The notes beneath the pieces were generated by a model that worked only from the letters and a program-made list of their open reading frames with translations, was not told the DNA's origin and ran no database searches. DNA of 63,942 nt, the filler included, from Limisphaerales bacterium (GTDB lineage Bacteria; Verrucomicrobiota; Verrucomicrobiia; Limisphaerales; SIBE01): assembly GCA_044225505.1 (NCBI GenBank). It is 3 parts of 3 records of this genome, joined end to end, with 100 filler letters (N's around TTAATTAATTAA, not from the genome) between each part and the next. Parts side by side here need not be neighbours in the genome. Positions count along the whole stretch, not along the records: positions 26,361 to 52,590 come from JBGAIN010000117.1; 2 more parts are not named here. One strand, 5' to 3'. The translations under genes were made by a program, and so were the position numbers. Positions 37,446-50,400 of this stretch are shown here, one piece after another. Each line of letters starts with the position of its first letter. Position 1 is the first letter of the stretch.

Positions 37446-40277
37446 ATGAGCTGTTTTCTCAATTTGATTGCTTGCCTGGCGGTAACATGGGCGTTACTCA
37501 CCATAACCGCGCCGGTTTTTGCGCAAACGCTGGGCATCACCCAGATGCGGTGCGAATATCGAGTCAATCCCACAGGACTGGACGTTCGCGAACCTCGCTT
37601 GAGCTGGATCCTCACCTCCCAGCAACGCGGCGCCATCCAGACTGGATATCAAATCTTGGTGGCGAGTTCCCGAGAAGCGTTGGCCCGCCACGAAGGCGAC
37701 CTTTGGGACAGTGGAAGAGTGGCTTCTGATCAGACGATTCACATTCTCTACGCTGGTAAGCCGCTGCTTTCCAGACAAGAAGCTTGGTGGAAAGTACGTG
37801 CCTGGGACAAGGATGGCCTCTCCTCGGAATGGAGCACTCCAGCTCGTTGGGTCATGGGGCTACTTGAGCGATCCGATTGGCAGGCCCAATGGATCGGTGC
37901 GCCAGAAGCCAAACCAGCCTCCATTCCCCCCCACGCCCTTGCGGCTACGCTAACGCGCAAGTCATTTAGCTTACCCAAATCTGTCCGCCGCGCCACGGCC
38001 TACGCAAGTGCGCTTGGACTCTACGAATTGCGATTGAACGGGCAGCGTGTCGGCGACCAACTCCTGGCGCCGGAATGGACGAGTTACCGCAGGCGTGTGA
38101 GCTACCAAACTTATGACGTGACGGATCTCCTCCATCCAGGTGAGAACGTTGCGGCTGCATTCCTAGGGGAAGGCTGGTACGCAGGGACGCTGATGGTAGT
38201 GGGACGGTTCGCCTACGGAACCACGCCGCGCTTCTTGCTCCAAATCGAGATCGAGCTTACGGACGGGTCTACGCAGACGTGGATAACGGATGGTTCATGG
38301 CGCATCAGCCCAGAGAGCCCGTTGCCAGCCGCAGGCATTTACGAAGGCGAAACCTACGATGCTCGACAGGATCCTATTGGCTGGCAGGAGCCGGGATACA
38401 ACGATAGCCATTGGCCGCCCGCGCAAACGATGGGCTTGGACGGACGCCGCCTCGTGTGGCTGCCGAACGAGCCGATCCGGATTGTTCAAGAGCTCTCCCC
38501 GGTGCATCTGAGCGAGCCGCGCCCGGGCACCTATATCTTTGATCTCGGCCAAAACATGGTTGGATGGTGTCGGATTCAAGCGGAAGGATTGAAAGGGCGG
38601 ACGGTCACGATCCGCCACGCCGAGATGCTCAATGATGATGGGACGCTCTACACGGCGAACCTCCGCGGGGCACCGCAGGTTGACCGATACACTCCGCGCA
38701 CAGATGGACCTTTCACGTTCGAACCGCGGTTCACCTATCACGGCTTTCGCTACGTCGAATTAACCGGTCTGGCGTCATCTCCAGCCACAAACGCTGTCAC
38801 GGGTAGAGTGTTCCACTCGACTTCGCCAGAGGTCAGCCACTTCGAATGTTCAGACATTTCTATCAACCGACTCATGGAGAATGTCCTTTGGACACAGCGC
38901 GCCAATCTGATGAGTTCGCCCAATGATTGTCCGCAGCGGGACGAACGCTTTGGCTGGATGGGCGATATCCAAGCGTTTTCGCAAACGGCCATTTTTAACA
39001 TGGACATGGCCGCCTTTTTCACCAAGTTCGCGCAGGATACTCGTGATGACCAGGCCAAGGACGGGCGATTTCCGGATTTCGCCCCGCATCCTGGCGATCC
39101 GAACCGCATGGTCACTGATGGGCCTGGAGCTGCTCCTTCATTCGCGGGTGCGCCAGCATGGGCTGACGCAGGAGTCATCGTCCCATGGCGGGCTTATCAG
39201 AACTACGCCGATACTCGGATTCTCGCTGACCAATTTGATGCCGCCCGGGCCTGGGTCGAATACGTCCGCCGTCTCAATCCGAACCTGGTCTGGACGAAGG
39301 GACGGAACAACGATTACAACGACTGGCTGAACGGCGACACGCTTCGACAAGCCGGATGGCCCACCCACGGAGGCAGCATTCCTAACTCAGTGTTCGCGAC
39401 CGCCTTCTTTGCTCATTCGACCGAACTGGTTGCCAAGATGGCCGCGGTGCTAGGGAGGACGGATGATGCGCGCCAGTATCAAGAGCTTTTTCAGCAAATC
39501 AAAATCGCCTTTAACCAAGCGTTCGTCGAACCCGAGGGAAAGATTGAAGGCGGAACGCAGGCCGGTTACGCTCTGGCACTTCATTTCGACTTGCTTCCGT
39601 CAGAACTGCGGCCCAACGCGGCAAAACTTCTCGCGGATGGTATTCAGCGCTATCAGAACCATCTCTCCACGGGAATTCAATCGACTCACCGGGCGATGCT
39701 GGAACTGGTGCGTTACGGATATGCGGACTTGGGCTGGCAGCTGCTGACGAACCGGACCTTCCCCTCGTGGCTGTACATGGTCGACAACGGCGCGACGACC
39801 ATTTGGGAACGCTGGGACGGCTATGTGAAAGGGCGCGGTTTCCAGGACGCCGGCATGAATTCATTCAACCATTGGGCGTTCGGCGCCGTCGGCGAATGGG
39901 TATGGCGAAATGTGGCCGGTCTCAATCCAGACGACACACAACCTGGCTGGAAACGCTTCATCCTCGCGCCTCGTCCGGGCGGCGGTGTCTCATGGACGAA
40001 ATCTCGCTACCAGTCCATCCGCGGAGAAATCGTCAGCAATTGGCAAATCAAAAACCGTAAGTTCCATTGGGAACTCGCAATCCCACCAAACACTACGGCC
40101 TCCATTCGGGTGCCATCGTCGCGACCGGACGAAGTCCTGGAATCCGGACGCCCTGTAACTCAGGTGCCCGAGATCCACAATATGCGGATAGAACCCGGTG
40201 CGGTGATTTTCGAAGTTGCTTCCGGGCGGTTTATAATCGAAAGCCCCATCGGAAGCGTTGCAGCGGCTGACAAATAA
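37446..40277 (+). CDS. Alpha-L-rhamnosidase, GH78
   Basis: FDLGQNMVG, FTYHGFRYVE, DCPQRDERFGWMGD, GATTIWERWD, MNSFNHWAFG. Confidence 0.95.
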   Translation: MSCFLNLIACLAVTWALLTITAPVFAQTLGITQMRCEYRVNPTGLDVREPRLSWILTSQQRGAIQTGYQILVASSREALARHEGDLWDSGRVASDQTIHILYAGKPLLSRQEAWWKVRAWDKDGLSSEWSTPARWVMGLLERSDWQAQWIGAPEAKPASIPPHALAATLTRKSFSLPKSVRRATAYASALGLYELRLNGQRVGDQLLAPEWTSYRRRVSYQTYDVTDLLHPGENVAAAFLGEGWYAGTLMVVGRFAYGTTPRFLLQIEIELTDGSTQTWITDGSWRISPESPLPAAGIYEGETYDARQDPIGWQEPGYNDSHWPPAQTMGLDGRRLVWLPNEPIRIVQELSPVHLSEPRPGTYIFDLGQNMVGWCRIQAEGLKGRTVTIRHAEMLNDDGTLYTANLRGAPQVDRYTPRTDGPFTFEPRFTYHGFRYVELTGLASSPATNAVTGRVFHSTSPEVSHFECSDISINRLMENVLWTQRANLMSSPNDCPQRDERFGWMGDIQAFSQTAIFNMDMAAFFTKFAQDTRDDQAKDGRFPDFAPHPGDPNRMVTDGPGAAPSFAGAPAWADAGVIVPWRAYQNYADTRILADQFDAARAWVEYVRRLNPNLVWTKGRNNDYNDWLNGDTLRQAGWPTHGGSIPNSVFATAFFAHSTELVAKMAAVLGRTDDARQYQELFQQIKIAFNQAFVEPEGKIEGGTQAGYALALHFDLLPSELRPNAAKLLADGIQRYQNHLSTGIQSTHRAMLELVRYGYADLGWQLLTNRTFPSWLYMVDNGATTIWERWDGYVKGRGFQDAGMNSFNHWAFGAVGEWVWRNVAGLNPDDTQPGWKRFILAPRPGGGVSWTKSRYQSIRGEIVSNWQIKNRKFHWELAIPPNTTASIRVPSSRPDEVLESGRPVTQVPEIHNMRIEPGAVIFEVASGRFIIESPIGSVAAADK

Positions 40278-40325
40278 TCCACGGGCAACCGCCGCGGAGC
40301 GCGCGACCTTAGTGGATGCGCAACC

Positions 40326-41300
40326 TCACTTGAGCTGAGAGCCCACCGGTTTCAGATGCTTGGCGAAGAACTCGAGCAGAAGTCGATCGGCCGTCGCATC
40401 GTTAAACCCGTGCCCAGCTCCTCTGACTGTATAAAAGATCACTGGAACTCCCGCCCTCTTCAGCGCGGCTTCCAACAGCACGCTCTGATAGTAGGGAACC
40501 AACGGGTCTCGGTCGCCATGCGCGATATAGAACGGCGGTGTTTTCTCACTGATAAACGTGATCGGATTGGCTTTCGCCACTACCGCTTTGTGCTCTTGAA
40601 TCGCTCCACCGACATAGCGCGATTCAGGCGAGTCGGCGGCATCATGCACTTGCCCATCCGGTAGCCGGTGAGCGTCCATTTGCAGAAAATCAGTCGGCCC
40701 AAAGTAATCGGCGACAGCTTGGACACGACTCGAAGTCTCCAGGTCCGGTCCAGCGTCGAACTCCTTCGAATCGCCCGTGACACCCAGCATCGCGACCAGG
40801 TTCCCTCCCGCCGACGCGCCCCATGCACCAAACCGCTCCGGGTCGAGCCCGTACTGCGCGGCGTGGACGCGGAGCCATCGGACGGCCGCCTTGCAGTCTT
40901 GCACCGCCGCGGGAAAAAGCGCGTCGCCGCTCAACCGGTAGTTCAGCGAAGCGGCCGCGTAACCCGCCTTTAGAAAAAGCGAGACGTCTTCGTGGGCTTT
41001 ATCTCCTCCCAAAAAGGCTCCGCCGTGAATTACTACGATGAGCGGCACCGGGCCAGGGCTTGAGGGCAAGTAAAGGTCCAACCGTTGCCGCAGATGGCCG
41101 TTTGGAATGTAGCTGAGATCCCGGAGAACCCTCGTTCCTTCGGGTAAACCCGAGATTCCTGCAGGTTCACTTCTCGACGCGGCTTTCCTTGAGGCAATCG
41201 GGTCTGCCGGACGCACTTGGAGTTGGGCGAGCATCGATACCAGAACGATGAGAAACGAGGCCTTTGAAACACTTGAATGTCGGCACGGAAACGTCTTCAT
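40326..41300 (-). CDS. Secreted alpha/beta hydrolase (HSL/BD-FAE-like esterase)
   Basis: LDLYLP, IHGGAF, NYRLS, GASAGG, HGDRDPLVP, GAGHG; ATG 41300 gives a signal peptide. Confidence 0.92.
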   Translation of the reverse strand: MKTFPCRHSSVSKASFLIVLVSMLAQLQVRPADPIASRKAASRSEPAGISGLPEGTRVLRDLSYIPNGHLRQRLDLYLPSSPGPVPLIVVIHGGAFLGGDKAHEDVSLFLKAGYAAASLNYRLSGDALFPAAVQDCKAAVRWLRVHAAQYGLDPERFGAWGASAGGNLVAMLGVTGDSKEFDAGPDLETSSRVQAVADYFGPTDFLQMDAHRLPDGQVHDAADSPESRYVGGAIQEHKAVVAKANPITFISEKTPPFYIAHGDRDPLVPYYQSVLLEAALKRAGVPVIFYTVRGAGHGFNDATADRLLLEFFAKHLKPVGSQLK

Positions 41301-41479
41301 ACGCTCCATCCTACAGCAGCACGGGAAAAGTTCACATCTGGATATGCGGACCTCGCGGCCGGTGCCGACATAGTTCATTAATGGCCGTCTCGGCTTCCCA
41401 AAACCTGGCAACGTCTTTTCATTGAGGCACTGCGAAGACTCGCCCCGCAAGTCAGCCAGTCCCTCATCGAAGCACGACG

Positions 41480-44400
41480 TTAGTCCACTTGCACTCGAAA
41501 ATAGGATGCGCGATTTGTCGGCGGCAGTGGGAATCGACGTGACAAACCATCCAGCGTCCCTTGCCAAAACGAGGTCCAGATTATCGGAAAGTTCAGCGAC
41601 GGTGTGGATAGTAACGAGATGTCGGCCCCCGGCGGACCATAGGCCACCAATTCCACCGACGCAGGGTCGTTCGCCATTCGATCCATCTCCAGAAGTGGCT
41701 GATGTGTGATCAAGATCACACGGCTCTCCTGCCCAAAGGCACTGGGAACCGCATGTCCGTCTGCCCGTGAAGCCGCAACATCGGTAACGAGAAGCGGCAC
41801 GAACTTGGACGTCTCGGTTGCTGCCGGCGTGAACCGCAACTCCGCGATTGTGGTGAGCCCGGTCAACGGAGTATCCGCGGCCGCCCTGAGTTGGATGCGA
41901 AACTGATTGACGCCGAGCGAGTCTAAACTCGCTTGCAGGCCCAGCAAGCTCGGCACCAAACTTATAGCTCCTAACGGGTTCTCAGGGATTTCCAGAACGA
42001 AGGAAACATTCGTGACGGGTGCGGAACTATAGATCGCGAGCGGAACGATAGCGGATCTTCCGCCTAGAGCGATCGTCTCGCTAAAGCTAACCTGCAAGTA
42101 GTCCTCGACAATGACCGTCAGGGGTTGTTCCGAAGTCGCGGACGGCACACCGCTGTCTGTCACTCGCACGACTATCGCGTTGGTCGCCGCGCCGTAAGCC
42201 GGGGCGGGTGTCCAGCGCAGCACGCCGGTATAAGGGTCGATCTTCGCACCTCTTGGGGCACCTGGCGCGAGGCTGAAAAAGAAATCCTGTTGCGGCAAAT
42301 CGGAATCCGAAGCCGAGTTTGTAACGACCAAAGGAACTTGCACGAGGGCATGTTGGACGCGAACCGGAGCTAAGACGGGCGGAGAATTCACCTCGTCGAC
42401 AGTGACCGTCATGGACTGCGAGGAGGCCAGGCTCGGAATTCCGTCGTCGCCCACAGTGACAGAGAAACTGTAGGTGCCAGGACCGTCTGCCTCCGCAGGC
42501 GTCCAGGTCAGCCTTCCCGTGGACGCTTCCAGGACCATTCCGCGGGGAGCATTCGGTCCAAGGGACCAAGACAACCGATTGCGCGGCAGATCGAAGTCGG
42601 TCGCCTGCAAGTCTATCGCAAGCCGAGATCCTTCGTTCACCCTGAAAGACGCTTGAGGCATCTCCACCCGGGGCGCACGATTGATTTCGCGGACAATCAC
42701 GCGCACGGTTTGAGTCGTGCTGAGAGATGGGAAGCCGTTGTCACTGGCAACGACCACAAAGAGGTTTGTCGAACCTCCCTGGGACTCTCCAGTGGACCAC
42801 GAGATATCGCCACTGCTCAAACCAATCGTCGCTCCCACCGGAGCGCTCACCAGCCTGAAATTCAGCGCCCCTCCCGGGGAATCCGGATCCGTCCCGCTCA
42901 TTCCCACGGCCAGAGTCGCGCCTTCGTTAATAGAGAGGTCGCCGATCTCCGAGAGGACCGGCGGTTGATTCTCGCTTTCAGTCACTCGCGTTTGCGCATC
43001 GGCAGTCAGGTGAATGGGCTCTCTATTCCCCGCGTGATCCGTGGCTTGGCATTGAAAAGAATAGAGATTGCCAGCGATGCCTGAGAACACAGCGCTCCGG
43101 GAAGTCGTCTGCCCGATCCAATTCGTATACGGACCACCATTGATGGAGACAAAAAGATCAAAAGTCGCGATTCCGCTGCCCGCGTCCGATCCAGACCACT
43201 GCACCGGGAAGGTCGAGGGACTCGTCGCGGGCAAAGCCAGGATTGAACTCAAAGGTCCCTCTGTATCGGCCACTCCGCTGTCAAAAATGAGGGTGTAGGA
43301 GCCAGTGCTGTCGTAGTCCAACATATGCAGCAATTGTTCCCTAATCGCTCCGGTCCGCGATGCGGGAAACGATCGGTCGGTCCTCCATACGTTCTCGGGT
43401 CTCAGCTCTCTGCCATCGGATCGTAGAACTCTGGAGAGACTTAGCCCCCGACCTGGATCGGGCAGCTCCAGATAACACCAACCGGGCGATACCGAGGCCG
43501 TGAGACGCACTTGCCGATTAGCGGCAGACGCCTCGCCATTGACCTGTGCGCCGCTCGCCAACGTCACCGGCTCCGTCCGACCGTCGCTCAGGTAGATTGA
43601 ATCTGGTGTGTGGTTCGCATCGGGCAGGTCGTTGACCAGAAAATCCAGCTGATCATCGTCATTGGGTCGGTCAGCTCGCACGACGTGGATCAGCTCATGA
43701 ATAGCCGTTTGCTGAATCAGGGAAATATTCTTGCTCCCAAGGGCGTCAACATGCTCGAACGAAGCTCGGTAGTCGATAAACTTACCCTGCAACGAAGCAA
43801 CCATATCCCAAATCACTACCTTCGACTCGTTTGGCGCAATATCTCCCAGAGTTAAGGTCAGATTCGACGGCACCTCGATTCCGTCCACCCGAGTGTTCAC
43901 GAGTTGAAAATTGATCGAGAGACCCTTTTCGTTCTCGACGATCTTCGGCTGGCTCGAGCTGATGCGAAATTGCCGTGAGGAACCAGCGCCAACATTGCGG
44001 ATGCGCAATCCTAAGGCGAACGGTTCGGAGGGTTCCACTTCAGACGTAAACGGATCGTCCGCATACACGTCGCGCTGTTGGAAATAGTCCAAAACCAATT
44101 GTGCCTCGGGAAGGACCGTGATCGGCCCAGGTAACAATGGAACCACCACGTTTTGTCCGTCGGCTAAGTACCGGAGTGTGCCGCCAATATAGTAAGATCG
44201 AGCGGCAGTTGGCGCCGCCTCCAGTGTCGGGATGAACGTGTATTCCGCAGAACCTGTGGAATGCGGCGCCACGACGCCTGTGCCATCCACGTCATCTATC
44301 CCAACTAATACGGGGCCACGCATAGCGAAGAGTTCGCTGACGGATTTGTTGTTTCCGTCGCGGAAATCAATTGAGAGGTGCACTCCCTCCACGGGAGTAT

Positions 44401-47400
44401 CTCCATTGTTCTCAATCTGCAATGTGCCCCGAAACGCCGTCCGAGTCAGGGTAATGTCCTGGCTGATTTGTAGACGCACCTTTGCACAAACCCCCTGCGG
44501 TGCGAGTGCTTCCGGTTGTACGGACGTCTTTTTTATCCCGAAGGTTGCCCGAGGGACGTTGCATGGTCCCGGGAGAGTCGCAGCAACAAAACTAAAACTC
44601 CCAAAAGAGCCGCCTCCACCGCTCGAGAAACCCAGCGTTGCTAGATAGTTGGAGGCCACGTTGAACAACGTGGGAATTCGTTCGGGCGGACCGCACGCGC
44701 AGAAATCGCTCAACCCGAATCCCATCGGTCCGGCCAGAGAGCCTAGTTCACCGGACCGTAGATAGCCCCGGATCCGCGCCTTTTCACACTCGTCAAGTTT
44801 CCCCATGAGGCAGTCCCATTCCGCGCGATTGGCCAACTCATTCGCAGATAGGAAATCAAGGTGAGTCACATCCAGACGTTCGAACTCGCAGCCCGTGTCC
44901 GGCACACAAACGACCTCTAATTTGACCTCGGCGCTTTTGGTTACCCAGTTGGTTCCGCATCGGTATCTCGTATCGATGGGAATATGCACAACACATTCCG
45001 TGCCTTGGCACGGTGTCGTATCGCCGATCGAGGTCAACCCAATCGCCGCGCCACCCGTTTGCTCTTGGGCTGTCTTCAACCGAAGCGTTACGGGAATGGC
45101 AACCGTCGACAGTGCCGGGATTTCGTCCAGCTCATTGACAATCGGTGTGATCACCAACTTAGGATGGTTTAGCACCGGCACGCGAATGTGTTTGAGAGCG
45201 ATGAGTCCCGTGTTCCGCAACCGGATCTCGAACTGGCTGGTGCGCCCAGCCACGACAAGCGGTGCGACGAGTGGGTTTTCCACCACCAGACTGGGCTGAG
45301 GCACTTCGGTCTCGAAAAGCGGTTCCACAATGACGCGGTAGTGATCTTCCATCTCGGTAGGAACGACCTTCCACTCATAGACGACCGTCTCCTCCGAAAG
45401 GAAGACCTCCTGTTCAATGGTCGTTCCCGGAGTGACGCGGATCCCGCCATGTGCAGCCGAGTGCTTGGGTGCGGCCGCGTCAATGAGGTAATCGCTCTCC
45501 GCAAGATTGGAAAAACGCACGACGCCGTCAGGCCCGGAGAAGCCCTCTGCGACCACCTCCGTCGAGATCGGATCGCGCAAACGGATGGTTCCGTTGGTCA
45601 CTCCGGGCGCTCCCTCGACGAAGTAAGTGCGTTCGTCTGTCATGCGGAGCACAAGGTCTCCACGGGCGTCCGACACAACGCGAAAATGAAACGGCACAGT
45701 GAGGCTCGTTCGTTCCGCTTTAAGGAAAATAGAACCATCATACCGCGTTAGTGGAAGGTCGGAAGGAGGGTTCAACGCCAGGACGATCGCTTGACGCTCG
45801 CCCGGCTGGAGAGTGGGAACGGTCGATGGCGAGACCAGCGACAACCACGGAACAACCGGTAAACCCACACTGAGCGCGCCAGTATCAACTCCTCCTTCAT
45901 TCAGGACATCAAATGAAACGAGCGTTTGATTTCCTCGCACGAGGCCCCGATCGAGCGTTCCAGGTTCAGCAAGCAATCGAGCGGTTGGCGGTGTGATTTC
46001 AAAAGAGACCGGCACGCGGAGCGAAGCTCCTTCAGCAGAACGAACCAGTAACGCGAAGGAGCCACGGGATGCATTTAGCAGTGTTGTGTTCACGGTGTAG
46101 TGGACTGTCGCGGTCGCATCCGCCGCCAGCCGATCGGGCATTGCGGCATGCCATTCCACCCCTGCGGGAGTTCCGTCGCTAATCACGGAAATCCCACTCA
46201 ACGGCAAAGGGGCAAGATTCTTAAGCTCCAGATTTCCCGTGGCGGGATTGTCCGGTCCCAAACGCAAGTTTAGTTCCCATGGCACCGCGTTCATCCCAAG
46301 CAAGGTGAACTGATCCTGGACGGCATCCGCCCGGACGCGCGGATGGTCAGCACCAATCGTGTAAACCCCCGCTTCACCAGGGATCGGCTGGAAGACAGTC
46401 TGAAATTGACCCGCCGCATCAGATTGAACTTGGAGGGTCCTGCGTGCCTCGCGCACACGGATGTGAACTGTCGCAGGCCGAAAGGGAGCTGGAGCGTTGT
46501 CCGACGAAAAGAAAACGCGACCATGCAGCGGAATGGCGGTCCCTGAAACTGCAACTTCCACATCGGTGCTCACCTCGGCGCGATAGGCTGGCTCGACGGT
46601 CAACCTCGAAGACACTGTCGAGTTGTTGCGCTCAGAGCCCTCATTAACCGAATTGCGCGCGTCTGTTTTAACAAAGAACCAATATTGCCCAGGGTCTGAA
46701 GGCAGTAATACGCCGAGGGAATGCGCGTAACTCTCCCCAACCGCAAGAGGCAATCGATTGGTCACAGATCCGAGCAATGTTGCGGAGGCACCCTGGGCGT
46801 CCAAGGCCAGGAATAGCTGATCAACCCACGGGCCTGAAGCCGTCGCCAACCCGGCGTTCGTCACCGACCATACTACCGTACCAACCCCATCCGTCACGGC
46901 CCGGGTCGGGCCGGTCACTTCTGTCACGGCGAAATCGGCCAAGTCAATGTCGGTCACAGTCACAACGGCGTCTCCAGGATTGTAGCCCGCAGCCGAGGCG
47001 GTGATCCTAATCTCTTTCGGGCCGTCATTCCGACTATCGATCACCCCACTCAAGACGACATTGGTTGAAACATCCCCAGGCGCTAAACGGACCGAGGCAG
47101 GAATCGTTGCTTCGTCTGGCAAGGACAACACGAGACGAATCACTAACGAATTCGTCGCCGGGGTATTGCGTTGGACGGCAATTTCTGTCTGTCCTCTCTC
47201 CGAAATGACCGATAATGCCGGCACGAGCGTCAGCGTCGGGCCATCATTATCCAGGATCGTCAGGACAGCATCTGCCCGGGCAATTGGGATACTTTCTCCG
47301 TTAGATGCCAGCGCTTCGGCTTGAAGTGTGACACTCCTCGTTCCCTGAGCATCGCTGTCGTCGCGCACAGTCACGGCGAAGGACACCGCCGGTTCGTTGG

Positions 47401-50400
47401 CCGGAATGATCGTCTCCGCAGGCAAAGACAGACCCGAGTTGTCCGTCGTCGAGATTCGGATCGGTTGCGGTGCCGCGGTCACAGGCGCACGAAAGACGGT
47501 GGCAATGATCCCAGGTTCAAGAGCACCTTCCATTGCCGTCGTCTCCGACAGCTCAAGCGTCAGACTCGCCGTATCCGCTTCTTCGACGAGAATCGGAGCC
47601 GCCGCAGAAACGTAACCGTCTGCTTGAGCAAAAATTGCCGCGGCCCGATCGCCTGTCACGACGAAATCGTGGGTTGGAGTTAACGGAATCGTCACCTCAG
47701 CCGTTCCCGATGGAAACGTCACCGACGTTGGCACTTCAATTGCTCCGGGTCGATCGGTGCTGATCGTTACGACCGTCACCTCGCCAAGGCGCGCATTTCG
47801 TGAGAGCCGTGCCGTCACCACGGAAGCCCCAGCATCTTCCCGAACAGTCGTCGTGTTCAACTTCAAGGTGAGAGAGGGAACATCATCGTCGCGTATCACG
47901 AGATTACTCGTCCCGCTCACGTGATCCAACGCCGCCGCCGTGATAACAACGCTGGTGTCCCGATTGACGAGCACATCGTTGATCGGGCTGACGAAGAAAG
48001 TCGTCGACATCGCGCCTTTCGGCATGGTCACGGTCCCGGGCATCTCCAGTTTGTTTGGCGCACTACTCCCGAGCGTGATGACCAACGGTTCCACCGGCTC
48101 CGAGTTGCGGGTCACTGTAACTTGCACGCTACGCGCTACCGCGTTCTCCGAAACACTAAGCGGCGCTAGAGTCACCGCCAATGAAGGAAGAACGCGTATT
48201 GGGTCGGAGCTCAACGTCGTGTTATTGCCTTCATTCAGCTCCACAAGCTGATTCCCCGCATCGGTCCCAACTGCAACGGCGCGATTCCCAGTTCCAAATA
48301 CCGGCAACGACAAGCGCTGCGTGCTTGTGAGGCTGGCGCCGGGTGCGAGCGTCGCATCCTGCACGATAGATCCCAGCAAGTGGTCGGCTTCACTCCCGGA
48401 ACTCGAAGCGAGCAGAATACGATCTATCCAAGGTCCAACCGCAGGAGCGGTCCCGGAATTGCGAACGGTCCAAATGACGGAGATTTCCTGTCCCGCAACG
48501 CCGCTGGTTGGCGCCACAACGCTGGAAACCAGGAGATCTGGATACTCGGCGAGCGCCACAGCCAGGAGCGCGGATCGGGAATTATTCGACTCCGCTGTGC
48601 CGTCAGGATTGAACTCGGCGATAGAGTTTAGAGAATCAGCCGCGACGGTCAGCTCCAACATTCCAGCCGCCGCGCTCCCGTCGAGAATTGTCACCGCGGC
48701 TTCGCCATTTCGGGTCTCCCCGGATCCAATCGGACTGTTCGCAGACACCGTGCTAACCTCGGTTAGATCCGCGATCACCTGATGACTGATCACGTTGCGC
48801 ATGGTGATTCTGGTCACGAACGAACGGTCAATGCCGGTGCTCCCACTATTCCGCACGATCCATTTCACCGTCGCCCGTCCGCCGGTTTTCAGCCCCGTTT
48901 CCGGCGAAACGGAGAGTGCTATCACCTGTAGATCCGGGCCGGAACCACTGCCAAGAATCAGAGTAGGCGACTGCACTGGATTCGGCACCAAGAGGAACGT
49001 GAACTGACCGCCAACGCTTGTATCAACGTACCTCCCCTCGATGGCAAGAATGTAGGTTCCGTCCTGAGGGAGCTCAAACGTATCGACATTTCCGTTCACT
49101 GGGACGGTCCATAAGACCCCGCCCAGCGGAGTGTAGAGTCTCGCAAAAGGAGTAGTGGAAAACCCCGTTGTCGCTCGACCGTCGTAAAAGTAGCGGTCGC
49201 CTATTGCACCTACGAACTGATAAAAAAATGTGCCGTTCCCGGGATTCACCGTGCCATTGACAATCGACCCCGGCGTCAGAGTGCCTGCCAGCGCCGTGTC
49301 CAAGAGCCGAAACCCAAAGTCTCCGGTCGCAGTTCCGGGAGCGTCGACCGTAATCGAATAATCTCCCGCATCCAAATCCAGAAGGGAACTACTGGCATCG
49401 ATACTGTCCGAGCCCCAGAACGGCCGTGCCGAGACAATCGTCCCCGCGGCGCTAGCGAGCGTCCACGTAAAGTTGTTCTGACCGAGCGCATCGAACACGA
49501 GGCGCTTGGGCGCGCCCAGATTGAAATGGTAGATCTGACGCTGTCCGGCGACTTCAATCGTGCCGTTGGCCATCGCGCCGATGCTCAGTGTGTGACTTCC
49601 GTCCGTCACGGGCTGGAGCAGAAAGGCAACGGACGCCGATGCGCTTGTGTCAATGGCGCGTCCTTCAATCGCCACCCAATAATCCCCAGTCTCATCCAAC
49701 CGAAACGTATCGGTATCCGAGTTGACCGTCTGGGTGAGGAGAATATTGCGATGTGGTCCATAGAGCCGCAAATAAGGTACCGCGACAAATCCCTCCGCTC
49801 GCTGACCGTCCAGATAGAAGCGATCTCCCGCCTGGGCGGAAAACCGAAATAGGGCCGTGGCTTTGGCCGGGTTCATGGAGGCGGTCACGACCGTGCCGGG
49901 GGAAAACGGGGTTGCGCCACTAGCCTCTAAAAGCCGAAACCCATAATTACCGTCGGCCCGTTCGTCCCTGGTGACTGTCAGTTGATACAACCCCGCTGGC
50001 AAGAGAAGGCTTGCATCGATCACATCGACTCCGTCTGAACTCCAAAACGGACGACTATCCACAATGAGTCCTGGAGGACCCCGCAGGCTCCACCGATTTC
50101 CAACGTAAGCTTGACTATCAAAAAATATCCAGGCGCGATCGGACAAAGTGAAGACATAGTTAACTTCCTCATTCGGCGTCGCGAGGCTGCCCGAGACCAC
50201 TTCTCCAAGATTCAGTGCCCTGCCCGTGAAGACGGCCGGTGGCATATTGCCGTTCGGGCTCACGTTAAACTGATAAGGTGTCGTCCCGGTCTCTGCGATC
50301 AGTCCTTCGATCATCAGAGTGTAAGTCCCCGTCGCTGGAAGCGTGTTGGTTCCCAGGCTCCGAATCATGTACTCGGCAAAAACTTGTTGCCCGTATGGAT

